Notes under the pieces: model-generated
Database searches by the model: none
Seen by the model: the letters and a program-made list of their open reading frames with translations, nothing else
What the model was told of the DNA's origin: nothing
Shown here: positions 38,762 to 53,750 of the stretch, piece after piece
Numbering within the stretch: the first letter of the stretch is position 1
Layout: each line of letters begins with the position of its first letter
Position numbers and translations under genes: made by a program
Assembly: GCA_964016885.1 (NCBI GenBank)
Contig: OZ024743.1
Coordinates: forward strand, 356,190,001 to 356,254,000
DNA length: 64,000 bases
Source of the DNA: Eledone cirrhosa
Lineage: Eukaryota
Direction of reading: 5' to 3'

Positions 38762-39113
38762 TTGCAGAACATTTATCTATTGCAGTTGTTGTTGTCGTAC
38801 TTAATTCTGTTTAAAATGACATAAAATTGATAAATCAGTTCTAAAGGCGGACCTTCAAACAAGGTTGCTGCTTTCAACATATTTACCATATTGATGTAGG
38901 ATTTTCGGCGCGATCACCAGGCACCTTATTTTTTACTTTTGTTTGCTTACTTTGCATTTTCAGCCGGCGCAGAATGTTGTTCCTTGCTATTTTTATCATG
39001 TTTCGTGTTTTTGTTCTTTTATTTCATTGGTCGATTTTTTTTCTCTTCGTCAGTTGTGATTCTTTGATTCTTTGATTCTTTTTCATATCTTCTTCTTCTT
39101 CTTCTTCTTCTTC

Positions 39114-39198
<85 letters not shown>

Positions 39199-39215
39199 CG
39201 TTGTTGTTGTTTTCT

Positions 39216-39304
<89 letters not shown>

Positions 39305-39768
39305 GATAATGATAATAGCAATAATAATATTACTGCCACTACCCTCATTAATTTTGTGATCCCTTATAAAATATTTGAAAGATTCAATTTTGATTTCTTG
39401 TTTTACAATAGAAAAATCCAAAACAAAAAAAAAATAAAGAGAGAAAATAAGTAAACTCATAAGAGAAAGAAATAGAAAGATTAACATTATAACCAACACT
39501 ATCATCATCGTCATCAGCAACACTATTAGCACTGCTATTAATACTAAAACAACATCTCATCAACAATACTGACAGCAACAACATGAGCAACAACAACATT
39601 ATTGAACTTCGCAACAACATTGAAAAGGGTGACAACAAGCTCAAAAACTTATAGGCAATAGCAATGATAACATCAATAACAATAACAATACTTAATTGAA
39701 AATTAAACAAGATGTTGATAATTAAAAATAAAGGCAGTGATGCAGAGAGGTGAGATAGATAGATAGAC

Positions 39769-39860
<92 letters not shown>
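37941..39860. repeat. Microsatellite field: (GAT)n, (CAC)n, (TTA)n, (TTC)(TTA)(CTA)(TAA) compound, (GATA)n
   Basis: Direct reading; explains the homopolymer ORFs. Confidence 0.9.
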
Positions 39861-40737
39861 GGAGAAAAAGAGAGAAAGGAGGGGGAGAGAGATAAGAGAG
39901 AGAGATAGAAAGTGAGAAAGCAGAAATATACTGAAAGAAAAGAAATGGTTAGAAAGAACAACACATTATGACAAGGGGAGGTGAGTGAAAGAGAGCGAAG
40001 GAGAAGGGAGAGAGAGAGAGGGGTTACAAAGAGAGAGAGAGATGGGGGGAGGGGGAGGGGAGAGCGATGAGGAACCCTTTTAGAGAGAGGGAAAGGGATA
40101 GGCAGGCAGAGAAGAGGAAATATATGCAAAAGAAAGGAGTAACGTACAAATGGGGAGTGCGAAAGGTTAAGTAAAGAAAGATTAAAAGGAAAGTCAGAAA
40201 CACAGACCGGGTGTATGTGTGTTTGTGAGCGTGTGTTTATGTGTGTATGTGTGAGTGTACTTGTGTGTTTGTGCATGTGTCCATATATGTATTTCCATGA
40301 GCGAGTGTGAGTGTGTGTGAGAGAGAGAGCAAGTGATGGATGGAAAGAGAGACAAAGAAAGATAAGAAGTGTTATTTGCTCTATGTTAGCTGCCATTTTG
40401 AAAAGACATTTGGAATCCAGGTTTCATTTTTTTCTGCTATTAACTAATTTTAAGATATAAACCATGCAGATTTATTATATTAAATCATGGTAAGTGGTTT
40501 TACATAAGACTGTTTGACTCTTTAAAGGTCGCAGAATTAGCAATGAGGTGAATTTGAAGATGGTTTTTGATAGCAATCATCTGTCGTCTGTATTCGGGGT
40601 ATTAAACCATTTTGTAGGCGTTAAATCTATTGCATTATAATGGATTAATGGATTCTTATAAAGGCATCATATCATTTTAAAAAATAACACGTTTACATAT
40701 ATTTGCACTACCTTTTTCATTTTGTAGATACGTATGC

Positions 40738-40769
<32 letters not shown>

Positions 40770-40962
40770 ATATATATATATATGTGTGTGTGTGTGTCTA
40801 AGTGTGTAGGAATATGTGTGCATTGATGGAAATATATAGTATTACACTTAGTATTCATACGTACACAAACACTCGTAAAAATACTTTCACGCGTATATAT
40901 ATATGAATTAGTGTTAAAAAAACGTAATCGTTTTATCCATTTTCTCTCTCTATCTTCCTCTG

Positions 40963-41032
<70 letters not shown>

Positions 41033-41199
41033 TGTGAATTAATTTTGCATGCATTTTCAATCGATGAAAGATAGCAAAATAAGCTACAGGGACAAAACAC
41101 GTAATCGACACAGACACGCAGGAAACGGAGTTCACTTTTTCAGCCACCGATTGTAGGTTACGTACCAACCTATTTGCTGTTTTCTATAACAAACAGACG

Positions 41200-41990
41200 G
41201 CTGCTTCGAGGAAAAGCAATGATTAGTGTTTAATGATTTTAAGTTGTATGCGAGTCAAAGTAATTCTTTGAAATGGACATGATTCGAGTAAATATTTCCT
41301 GGGTCTGAGAGAAATTGTTTAGTTAAATCACGGAAGGAATATCTTCATAACCGTATACTTAAGAAGAAACCTTCCATACGGAAAAGGAATAAGCAAACGT
41401 CTACAAAAAGGATAGAGCACTGATCAATAGATAATATGTCCTCAAGTGATGAGACTGAACTTGCGGTTACAAAGAGATGTTCGTGTGTAAGACACTTAAC
41501 TGAAAGAAATATGTTGAAAATCTACAATGAAACACGATGGATATGATAGTAACGTCTAAGGTTTTTCTTTAACTAATGAGACCGGAGATTTAATAAGAAA
41601 TCGACGGAATGATGAATGAGGAAAAATATCGCCAGATACCTCTCCACCATGCGATGCCATCTGGGAGGTGTCTTATTAAGAACAAACTTGTTTTCTTTTT
41701 GCATGATAGCAACAATAATCATGCTGTTATAAACGTAAAAATGTATTTGGAATAGGTATACTGACCTGCAGATGTCCAGCTATTAGTGTGGCACATTTAA
41801 AGCTCAGACCTGAGTATTGTTGAAACTTTATATGGCTATTTAGACGAAATCAAATCAAATAAATGACCAAATTCTAAAGAGCTATAGAAAACGTCAAGTG
41901 AGTTCTCCTATCTTGTTAAATTGTGGATTAACATCTAAACAAAATCGAACGTTTTTGTCAATCCATGGCGGGCATACTGATTATAATTAT
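41200..41990 (+). pseudogene. Degenerate Tc1-family transposase
   Basis: Piecewise translation KH.G..V*G..GDLIRIDGMMNEEKYRQI..HHAMPSG..QHD....H..VK.YL..VQLLVW..SSDLSIVE..GGHTDY matches the Tc1 DD34E C-terminal half. Confidence 0.75.
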
Positions 41991-42538
41991 TAGCTATCCA
42001 ATTATTTAATAATTAAATATTTTTCTTACCGTTTAATCAGAGGGAAAACGGTGGCTATGATCATTTTCCAGGCTTTTAAGACTGGTGGAAATGAGGAAGG
42101 AAGCTATTCTCAAAACAAAGTCATGTCCCTAATGCTTTCAACAAAATGGACTTTGCTAAAGCCACCAAACGGCCTGTTGGTAGTGTCAAGCAGGGTAACG
42201 AATTACATCTACCATCCAAATAGGCTATAGCACACGCTCAAACATATATCTTCGTATACATAGGATATTGAGAGAGAAATAATAATTTATATCCTCCTTC
42301 TTTCTCTCTTTCTCTTCTCTCATTCACTCCAGACATAGACAGAAAATCATATGCATGCGCACCTGTATAGATATACATACATGATGATTGCTTTGTCTTG
42401 TCAGTTAAAATCTGTCTCAACATCATCTCAATCCCCACCAGAAAGTTTACACACTCCCATATTAATACAGGTGACCATTCAATTCAGTAATATATTTGGA
42501 ACAGGTTACAGATGTATTCCAGTATATGCACTGGTTTT

Positions 42539-42635
42539 ATGAGAACAAGATACTCTACCCAGATACTCTACTTCGTGAGAACAAGATACTCTACCCAGAC
42601 ACTCTACTTCGTGAGAACAAGATACTCTACCCAGC
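42539..42635. repeat. 36-bp minisatellite, about 2.7 copies
   Basis: GAGAACAAGATACTCTACCCAGATACTCTACTTCGT repeated. Confidence 0.9.
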
Positions 42636-42659
42636 GCAACTGACTCTTAATGACAAGGG

Positions 42660-45300
42660 AACTGATTGTAGAGCACCATAATCTTTGTAAAACTTCGGTG
42701 TCAGGTGTCATGATTCGCCATTTAATACATATGATCTGCTGAGAGGCAATTATGGCTGAATCTTTCAATTATCTGTAAATGTCGCTGGTGAGTGACCCAT
42801 GCTTCACACCCATACAATAAAAAAAAATAAGCTCATGAGCCTCATATATAGTTATGTTTGTCCTCAATGGTATGCCTCTGTCTGACCTCACCCTTTTCAT
42901 TAATTTTCCAAATGCAGCAGTTGACGTCTGTACTCGAAAATGTATCTCTGCTTCGAAACTCCCTCCCTTGACAGAGTACAACTTAGAGACACTGAAACAA
43001 CAACCACCGCCAGCCTTGTCCCCTTCACATATTTATTTGGCACAACATAAGGTTCTCCTAGTACTGGGGTGTACATTTCCTTTGCCTTATTTAAGCTTAC
43101 AGTGTGCCCAAAAAGAGCACATGCTTCAGAAAATGTCTACTTCTAAGTGTGCAACAAAGTCTGCCTCATCAACATTGAATGTCACAGATGTATTATTAAA
43201 TCTTCTTAAATTGACCACATATTTGGAAACGCATGTTTAATCCTCGATCACAGTTGTGGAATGCATAAACAAGGAGAATGAAAAAGTATATTGCCAATAG
43301 TGTGGCGACGGGAATGTCCTAATGCTTAACACTGTTTTACACAGAAATTTGTTCTGAGAGTTTTCCATTAAATACAAGCCTAGCTTTTGTGTAGTTGTTT
43401 GAAGATCTGCAAAAGGTTCCTGTGGAGAGCCTAATTTACTAAGAATGATGCATGAGGCTTCTCTGTTAACTGTATCAAAAGCCTTAGTCAAGTCGATAAA
43501 GACTTGATACAAAGGCATTTGCTGTTCTGTGCATTTTTCCTGCAACTGTCAAGTAGGAATTATCGTAACCATTGTTCCCATTCCTGCTCTGAAACAAGAT
43601 TGAGTTTCTTAAAGAATCAGTAGACATATATTTTCTGAAAGACGATTCAGCATCATCCAACAGATTCCAGTATTGTGATCTCACAGATGTTGTTACAATT
43701 ATATATTTTCCCCTTTATCTTTGTAGATGGTGATCAACATTCTATCAGCCTAGTCTTGTGGCATCGGTGCTCCTTCCCAATATTTAATGAGAAGTACATT
43801 GATTGTCCATTGATAATATCATATCATGTTGAGGTAAAACCTCTATAACATCAAAGTTGACATTAGAATGATCTTTGATAAATACACTTTCCTCAAAATG
43901 GTCTCTGATAAATACACTATCCGTCAATTGCTCAAGCACAAGATAAGATGATTGTGGAACAGATAGCTGTAAAAACGCATAAAAAGTTTTTCTATCTTTA
44001 CTATTAAAGGCTGCTCGCATCTCTAGAGATACCGTTGACCACCAACCGTTTTTCATCCTTCTCAGTTTACGTTGTAATGTGACTTTGTATTCTTTATACA
44101 CATTCTCAGTAGCAGGTCGGGTTAAAGGATTCTGACTCAGGATTTTTTCATAGAGTGTCTGTTTTCTTTTCAGTAACTGGCTGACAATAGGATCGTTATT
44201 ATCAAACCACACTACAACCAAGCTCCTGTGGAATTAACTTAGTCTTTAAAATTCCCCCATGTTCCATTCAGTTCTAGAATAATCAAGCAGTTCGGATATT
44301 CTTTGACAAATACCAGGCTGTATCAGTTTACAAACATTAATACGATTCAAAATCTTGGCCCCATTCATATAGACATTCTTACGGATATGAAATTTAAACT
44401 TTCCTCGCACCAGCTTGTGATCCGTGTCACAGTCTGTACTACAGATCACGTTTATGCATGGTGATAAAATCAACTAAGTGACCATGCTTTGATCATGTAT
44501 ATGTCCATGTCATGTTTTATAAGGTTTGTATCTGAATAATCCGTTTGAAACTGTCAAATTGAGTTCTGGGCATAGTTTATGTAGCTTCAGACTATTTTCA
44601 CTCACTTTACCAATGCCATGCCAGCCAAGAACATTCTAAGTTTCACAGTCCCTGTAACACGCACATTGAAGTCACCAAGTCACAAAGAAGTATTAGCTGG
44701 TCATCATAAGGTGTGGAGTTAATAGTAGTATAAAGGCTTTTATTGGAAGTCATAACAGTTTCTTCTTAGAGAGCATATACTTAAAACATTGTCACAAAAT
44801 GTCCACACAAGAGTGGAACACGTAGCTTTATTATGTGATCAGTATGCTAGGCGAGCACTGTAAGTATTTTGCCAATGTTGTTCTGATAGAAAAAGCAATC
44901 CCACCTTCTTGACGCTCGCCTTTAGACTTGACTACTCAGAAAACTGTATATCCTGATTATACCCCAGTCAACTGATCTTCACCTGACAGACACATTTCTG
45001 AGAAAGCTACAATTTATATAGGTAGTCTTTGAAGTTCCTTAGTGACAAGTGCAGTTCATCATTCTGGTTGGTTTGATGAATGCTGGCCTTTTAAGTGTTC
45101 TAGCATTCCAACAACAAAGATTCAGCTTAACTTGCTCTTTTGTAATTAATTTAGCACGTCTATCATATTTTCTGCCCCAGCTGATATGATCCCCCGTTAG
45201 CCACAGAAAAGTAACCAGTGTTGATGTGACAGGCAACGTTCAGTGCACCGTCCCAACACACTCAGTGACTGAAGGACACAAAAACGATGTTAAAATAAGA
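42660..45300 (-). mobile_element. Degenerate near-full-length RTE (BovB-like) LINE
   Basis: LCCWNARTL, DCDTDHKLVRG, WFDNND, QEKCTEQQMPLYQVFIDLTKAFDTVNR, TAAFGKL..R..YGVK; many stops and frameshifts. Confidence 0.88.
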
Positions 45301-45610
45301 TTCCTGTCGCCTATGTGCAGATTTATAATCGTGTGCTTCTAACTGGTTAGGTCTGTACACGTCACCACTCCTCCATCGCTATATGACATTTAACAGAAAA
45401 AATAACAGATCAGAAGGTTATTAAAGAGACGTGCTACAACATTGGATTATAGTGGTAAACTCTTGTACAACACGAGTCCCATTCTCTTGGCCTGGTGATT
45501 ATTATCTGATGATATGCCTAATCAAGATTACCAGTAATCACGTCAATCGTAGGGTTCACTTCAGAGTTTTCCCTCTCTTAGTAGAATGCATTAACAACGT
45601 AGAATGCATT

Positions 45611-45689
45611 AATATGAGAAAAAGAAGAAAGTCCACTGCGACTGAAGGTGTCCTTCACTCGCAGTGGACTTTCTTCTTTTTCTCATATT
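45611..45689. other. Near-perfect 79-nt hairpin (37-bp stem, one C-C mismatch, 3-nt loop)
   Basis: AATATGAGAAAAAGAAGAAAGTCCACTGCGA-C-TGAAGG-TGT-CCTTCA-C-TCGCAGTGGACTTTCTTCTTTTTCTCATATT. Confidence 0.9.
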
Positions 45690-48600
45690 CGGACGCCACA
45701 CATGTAGATGAGTTGCAGTAGTTCATTGACAATATTGACAGTTGGCTAAAGATGTTCTTTCGTTAAAAATCAGATGACATACGCCATTGATTCTGACTTG
45801 AAATCATCTGTCGTAGTTTACCATCCACCACGCTATAAACACATGGCTTCACCGTAATCCTAGATAGGTGGCTCCCGGGTGCTAGGTCTTACCAAAGTGG
45901 CCATCCGTGATTTGATCTGGGTTTGCTTATTTCTGTATTCGTAGACCAAGAGCTTCCCAATCCCGTTAAAAGTTTGTCAGTTACATATTTAAAGAGTTAA
46001 AGGTTAAAAGATAAAAACAAATAAAATAAAATATATGAAAAATAGCTACACAATCACATTCACGCACAATTATATACACATATACATATTTTCTTGGCCA
46101 TTGACTCTCATGAGTTCCTCTACGCTTTGACGTGTTTTGTTTTTCATCCCGCATGATGTCCAAGATCCTCCTCCTCAGCAAGCAAGCTTCTTGGTGTTCC
46201 CGGTTTAGTCACCGACGACACGACCATACAACAGATTGTACTGGATTATTAGTTACTAGTAATGCTTGCGACCGACCTGACCATACATGCATACACGTAC
46301 TCACGCCTACGCATATATATACATATACTCACACCTCCTGTATTTGCAGTTATATTTTCCTGTCGGTGCGAAGCATTTGTAAGTCAGTGTTTTAATCTCC
46401 GAGTACAATACATACGTCGAAGTAACGTACAATAATTAGTATTCACTTCAGTTACTCTGTCTTTTATATAATTAACTACATTGATATATTGAGTAATGTG
46501 TCCACCAGGAAATATCTTATTTCGGTTAAATGATTGACATAACAGTGATTCAGTGCGCTAAAGTAGATAACCAACCAATTTATTCTCTTATAAGAAGTTT
46601 CACACTTTTGGACATGTGAAGTTTCAAGCATGTATAGAATTCATGTTGTAAATATAAGAAGTGTTTGAACTGTTGTCTGTACATCTTCTTGTTGATGCGG
46701 CTACTGTTAAGAACTCATATCTCCTTCTTGATGATAACACTGCAGATAATACCAGTTCAACAAGCCGAACAAATTACGGGACCTCTATATCGTCGTCCGC
46801 TCGACCAAAAACAGTAGACTGGGTTCTCCCTTACATCATCCTATACTCTGTTAAATGAATACGGGACACACAGAAAAAAAGTTAATTCAAACCTACTTAT
46901 CTTTAAGATGTGAAGATCAAAGCTGAAATGCTCTTTATCATAAACTTGATTAGTTCTTGCTGACGTGAGTCTACACAACAGGAACAGTTAATAACGAAAC
47001 TCTAGACTATAAATAGAAGCTAAGTTTCCCCCGTAACACACACTACCCTCTTCTAGAATTGATGGTCACTATGAGAATGTATTTGATCTCAGGTCTGCAC
47101 GATCAGGGTTGAAGTCGGGTTAAATAACAACAAAGATAGTTTACATGGACCACAGTCAGTTGAACTGCCAGAAATACAGACACATTTCTCCCTCAAATCA
47201 TATCTGTATGTGTTAAACATATTCGATCAAGTAGTTATAAATGCGATTTGGAGGAGAAACAATAGTTGAATGATCATTTCAGGAAGCCTTTTGAATGTAT
47301 GTGTTTTCAATCAAGGCTGAACTGGGACTAAACAACAGCAACAACAACAATAGAAATGTTAAGATCCAACGTCGGGGTCTCTATGAAATCGTTCTTCCTT
47401 TTAGAAATAGCTTCCATCTCTGAGCTATGCCATAAAACACATTGGATTCTGGAGTCTAAGATATTCTATGTCTGAACAAGTTGACGTGATAATCACAGCT
47501 GAATGGAAAACCTTCGCTCATAGGACAAAATCCCTTTCTGCGAAATTAATATCTTCATTTTGTCTTCCAATTAGCCAGTTTGATATATCAACTTAACCTT
47601 TCCTTGTTTATTTTAACATATATATGATTGCTTTCTGCAAACATTTAATATCAAAGAAATGGATCGATTTTAGATGCCTTCCCATGAATCAACTTTCCCC
47701 AAAACCTTTTAAAACAGTTCTGAAATCGGTAGGGTAATTGTTATTGATGATGTTCATACTCTAGTCGTTCCTGTTTTTATTCACTCACGATGCATTTTTG
47801 TTGCAATGCTTCTTTTCATTCTAGCTTGAGACCGAAACTATTTAAATAGTTCCTGCGAAGGAACTCTTTTTTCAAAGAAAATGCTTTTATCTTCCGATAT
47901 ACAGTTTGCAGCTTAGAAACACATTTACTGTTAATAGTGTTTTGTTGCCGTTATAGATTTCAATAACAAAGTTTCATACAATAACTTGTGTCCAAACTTT
48001 TAGGTTATTAATTTGCCCTCAAGAGATTCAAATGCAGAATCTACGTATATTTTAGTCTATTTTCTTTCTATGAGATACGGTTGGCGTGTGATGAACTTAT
48101 TGCTCATCTAACATATTATGACAATGTCTAAATGTCCGTTTCTGCGGTACAGAATATTGATATTATCTGCGTTGGGTTATTTCCTTACCACGTGTATTGT
48201 AAGTATCTTCTATGTGTTGTTATTGTATAAATGACATCATTTATATACAGTGAAAAATATTATTCTGTAGGTGCTATGGCGTTTTCATGTTGTCTCTAGC
48301 GATACGATATATAACCTTTAAAATGAGAGTTTTTGCGTGTTTTTTCCAACTGTCGTTAAACAAAGTCTGAATTCAAAGTATGCTTCGTAAATCTGCTTAG
48401 ACATCTTCGCAAAGCTATTCTACGATTGCTATCAAAGTACAAAATGATACAAAACAAATTATGCTGCGTAATAAAATTAACACGCACGCACACATACGTA
48501 TACATAAATATATATTATACAATACCTCATGCATACAAATATATATAAACGTTCACATATATCTGTACATAACCACGCGTACACTCACACTATCACACAC

Positions 48601-49559
48601 ACACACGCACACACGCACACACGCACACACGCACACACGCACACACGCACACACAGCAATGAAACAGTGAGCAGTAAAGGCATGTAGGTATGGTGTAAGA
48701 CGAGTTTGAGCAAATGTCATGTCCTTTAAAACACTGAGATGAAGACAATTTCCTTTTACTATTTCCTTTTGTTAAACGAGTCTGGCAATTAAAAGACAGG
48801 GATTCCCCATGTAATAAAATAAAGAATTCTAGATAAGTCCAAACTATACAACAACTGACCAATCATGTGGGCTAATCGAACCACTGAAGTTTCCTGGTAT
48901 CAGTCAATCTTTACCAATAGTTCAATGTACAGCTTCGTTATTCAAAGACAGCTTTGGCATTTGGTATTCATTCATACTGATGTTGATTAGTACCATCAAA
49001 TCTGTTTCGTAGACAACGACAAAAACAATGTACATATTTCTGATATTGCCCAACGTTTCACATATTCACGAGTCAACTAGTGAATATTTGCCTAGTTGCT
49101 CTATCTGTGAGAATAGTCAAATCTATCACAAATCCCAATCTATCATCTTATGTGAGGAATAAGTACATTAGATAGCGTAGTCATACATATATCTAAAATA
49201 GACGACATACCCACACTCAAACTACTTTTCCTCATAAATTAGGTCAAGTCGTTATGAATTTGGTATGTACAAAGGAACTAATGATATGAAATTTTTCTGA
49301 ACCTCCAACAGCAGTGGTGTTTATCTTAGTCTCTGTGTTTGGTCAGAATAATTTTGGCTTTTTTCAAAAGTTCAATTAGGTAGGTTTCATGACGGCTTGA
49401 TTACTCGCGTAAAGTTCATTATCATCACCATCATTTAACGTACGCTTTCCCTGCTAGCAAGATATGTAGGTAGAAAGCTGTCTGAAGCCCATAAACATCA
49501 GGAATGGACTGAAGTCGGGTGATATTCCTGCTCCCAAGTTATTTTCTTTGTACTTCGCA

Positions 49560-50880
49560 ATGGTATTTCAACTGGCTTGTGAGGACTGCAGGCATGGTAT
49601 CTATATCCGACAACTAGAAATGTCTTCAATATCAGACGTTTTAAGGCAAAGACAAATTTATTTTTTACATTGGTGAGAGATTTCCTCTGTACTGATGATT
49701 GCTGATCTTCTGGCTCACACAGAAGAGGATATGCAACATGGATATGCAACATGGATGTTTTCGAAAAGGCTTGCACTTCTTTAGTGCTAACAATAAGTCT
49801 CAAGAAAACCGTGGTAATGTTGCAATCTGCGCATGGAAAGCAGTACAAAGAGCCTAATATCTAAGTATGGAAATCGTATAGCGTAGTGGAAACGTTTGTT
49901 TACCTTGGAAGCACTGTGAACAAGTCTGGTAACTTGAATGAAGTGAGCTTCAGAATTCAGAAAGCAAGCCATCCTTTTAGCAAGCTTAAGGCACTTCTAT
50001 GGTCCCAACATGGGATCTCACTGTAGACGAAGGTAAAAGTGTACAATGCGTGTGTTCACACATCATTACAGTACGTTTGTGAGACATGGGTGAATTATAG
50101 GCATCACTAAAAACAGCTTGAAAGGTTTCACCAAATGAGTCTCGGAAGTATTGCTGGAATTTACTGGAGACAACATAAGTGAGACCGAGTTTCTAGAGAG
50201 AACGCTCTATAAAAGCATTGAATCTCTGTTTCTCAAACACAGGTTGAGGTAGAGTGGTCAAATGGTGCCTATGGATGACAGCCAGCTTCCCATGAGGATG
50301 TTGTATGGAGAACTACCCTGAGGAATATGACCAGCTCATAAGCCCAGGAGTAGATAAAATGACGATCTTAAAGAATCACCTATATGTGCATACATCCATA
50401 TTGCAGCATGGGAAACTGATGAAGAAAAATGGTTTATCCAGTAAAAATTACTTTCGAGTCACGAGGAAATTTGAAGGGATGTCAGAAAGTGTATTGTCAT
50501 CGAATTACTACAACTTGACGATGTCCATGATTTAACATGAGAAATGTCACAACAATTTGATGTCCATGTAATAGATTCTGGTTCAGCAAAGCTGTTAATA
50601 AAGCTCATCTTCGTAGTCATGAATATAAAGATCCTGTCGATTACCAAATTACTATTGACGGAAACGCAACATACACATGCAGTATCTGTGGCGAAGAATG
50701 CATATCAGCGGGTAACCTAAAAAGGCACATTAAAGTACATAGTGAACTTCGTGGGGCTAATATAGTTATGCTGAAAGTGTTGCACAGCTGACAACTCTGT
50801 GCAAAACACTGACATGCAGGTCCGAAAAACCATATTCGTTCCCAACACCCGCTTGATAGCCGTACTCAATCATAGGATGG
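49560..50880 (+). mobile_element. Degenerate RTE LINE 3' half with C-terminal C2H2 fingers
   Basis: RDFLCTDDC, VETFVYLGS, RIQKAS..F..L, KVKVYNACV..LQYVCETW, HRLR*SG, HTCSICGEEC..GNLKRHIKVH. Confidence 0.8.
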
Positions 50881-51334
50881 CTGTCTTCATCGATATGAGC
50901 GGGTGTATATGTGTGTAAGTTTACTGTTTATTTATGTCTTGTAAGCTAGCATTTCGACAAAAAGCGATCGACAAAAGGCGGTCGATAAAAACTATCAAAC
51001 GTGAAAAAAATAAATATTAGGGTCCGCGATTAATGCCTGTAACCAGTAAAAAGAATAGGATAAACATGCAAAACTTAACCTCCATACAAACAAAAACATT
51101 TCTTCATCTAAATGTGGAAACGATTACGTAACAATACATTGGTTCAGCTGACATTTAAAATTACAACCGATAATGCAAGCCTTCGTTAAATGAAAATTCT
51201 CAAGAAAAGCAGCCGTTTCTTCATTATACATCTTTTCCTACTAAATCTAATTATAATTACTATATCTAATATAGATACAGTGTTACCAATTTTGCGGGCA
51301 GACCAACCATTAGTTGAACTACGTTCAGTATTGT

Positions 51335-51410
51335 CTACTGCTGCTGCTGTTGCTGTTTTACTATTGCAGTTGCTGCTATTACCATTTCCACCACTACCAC
51401 CACCACCACC

Positions 51411-51482
<72 letters not shown>

Positions 51483-51561
51483 ACTACTACCATTTCCACC
51501 ACTACCACCACTACTACAACAACAACTACTACTACTACTACCACCACTACTACAACAACAG

Positions 51562-51644
<83 letters not shown>

Positions 51645-51675
51645 ACTACTACTACTACTACTCCTACTACTGCTG

Positions 51676-51706
<31 letters not shown>

Positions 51707-51720
51707 TACTACAACAACAG

Positions 51721-51755
<35 letters not shown>

Positions 51756-51768
51756 GCTGCTGCTACTG

Positions 51769-51801
<33 letters not shown>

Positions 51802-51830
51802 GCACCTCCACCGCCGCCGACGCCACCTCC
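51335..51830. repeat. Compound (CTA/CTG/CCA/CAA)n microsatellite
   Basis: Direct reading. Confidence 0.95.
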
Positions 51831-52054
51831 AACACTGCCGTCTCATTTGCCTCAATGCAATATTTCACAAATTGTATGAGTACTGAGCAAAAGTGTAATG
51901 ATGCCATATAATGGATTGGTTTTAATTTAATAATATGGCATAAAGATGATGACATCTTCAGAATTACGACATTCCACTGACCGATCTATGGCTCGTAAGA
52001 TATTTGCACTTTCATCATTTTTATTCTTTAATGATAAATACACGTTGTCTATTG

Positions 52055-53447
52055 ATTCTCTCTTCACACACACACACACATTCTCTCTCTCGCTAATCGC
52101 TCCCTCCCTCTCTCTCCCTCTCTACGTCCCTCTCTCTCCCTTTCGCTCTCTCTTTCTCGCTCGCTCTCTCTCGCTCTCTCCCTCCCTCTCGCTCCCTCTC
52201 CCTCTCTCGCTCTCTCTCTCTCTCTCTTCACATTCACTTAGTCTCACTTTGTCTTTCTACTTCTTGCTCTCTCTTTCCTTCTCTCTCTCTCTCTCTCACT
52301 CTTTCCTTCTCTCTCTCTCTCCTCACAAACACTTAGTGTTACTTTGTCTCTCTACTCCTCGCTCTCTCTTTCCCTCTGCCTCTCTCTCTCTCTCTCTCTC
52401 CCTCTCTCTCTCCATATACACTTACTCTTCCTTTGTCTCTCTACTTCTCGCTCTCTCCCTCTCCCTCTCTCTCTTCCCCTCTCTCTCTCTTCACATACAC
52501 TTACTCTCACTTTGTCTCCCTACTTATCGCTCTCTCTTTCCCTCTCCCCCTCTCTCCCTCACACACACACTCTCTCTCTCTCCACATACCCTTACTCTCA
52601 CTTTGTCTCTCTACTTCTCACTCTCTCTTTCCCTCTCCCTCTCTCTCCCTCTTCCTCTCTCTTCCCCTCTCTCGCTCTCTCTTTCCCTCCCTCTCTCTCT
52701 GTCTTCACATACACTTACTATCACTTTGTCTCTCTACTATTCGCTCTCTCTTCCTCTCCTCTCTCTCTCTCTCTCTTTTGTTTTGGTTTATGTTTCTCTG
52801 TACAAGTGTGTGTTTATTATATTTTTATAGTTTTCTCTACATTTTTTTCTCTTCTTCCATCATAAATCTAGCTACACGTCTAACTGCAGCTTTCTCTTCG
52901 TCTCTCCTTTTCTCTCCCCACTCACACATCTATTTCACCCCCCCCTCTCTCCTTGTACCTCAGATTTTTCTTTCTTTTAGTTTTCAGTCCTGCTTCGTTT
53001 TCTCCCTGCTCTCCTTTTCTCTCTCCCTCTTTCTCTCTCTCTATCTCTCCCTCTTTCTCTCTCACTATCTATCTCTCTATCTCTCCCTCTTTCTCTCCCT
53101 CTTTCTCTCTCACTGTCTCTCTCACTATCTCTCCCACTTTCTCTCCCTCTTTCGCTCTCACTATATCTCTCACTATCTCTCCCTCTCTCTCACTATCTCT
53201 CCCTCTTTCTCTCTCACTATCTCTCCCTCTTGCTCCCTTTCTCCCCCTCTCTCTGTCATGGCGTCTATATAGTACTCAGTACCTGTCTCAAACTTCTTTA
53301 TGATTTTCTCTTTCTCTACTTCTCTAACTTTTCTACCTCCCTCCTTACTTTCTTTCCTTTTCACTCGCTCTTTTATCGTTTCTCTCGATTTTTTTTTTGT
53401 TTTATTCTTTTCGCGTCTCTCCTGAAGATCCTCTCTTTCATTATCTT

Positions 53448-53506
<59 letters not shown>

Positions 53507-53713
53507 TATTTCTCTCTCTGTATTTCTTTCTTTCTCCTCACCTTTTCCTCTCAACCGTTTCTATCTCTATCTCTCTTTCTTTTTTTCTATTTCACTGTCT
53601 CATAAATCTATATGGTACTAGCTTTCGATCCTAGTAATCTCATCTCTCTCGATTCTCTCTTTCTCTCTTCTGTGTCTACCTCCTCCTTCCCTCACTCCTT
53701 CTCCCACTCTCTT

Positions 53714-53750
<37 letters not shown>

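Noticed and set aside
37938-39532. Poly-Met, poly-Ile, poly-Leu and poly-Asn ORFs
   Set aside because: Trinucleotide microsatellites
42539-42635. 36-bp periodic repeat resembling a CRISPR array
   Set aside because: No unique spacers, eukaryotic context and no cas genes; it is a minisatellite
46132-46858. Possible host exons in less repetitive sequence
   Set aside because: Short ORFs without recognisable domains or a consistent splice-site pair
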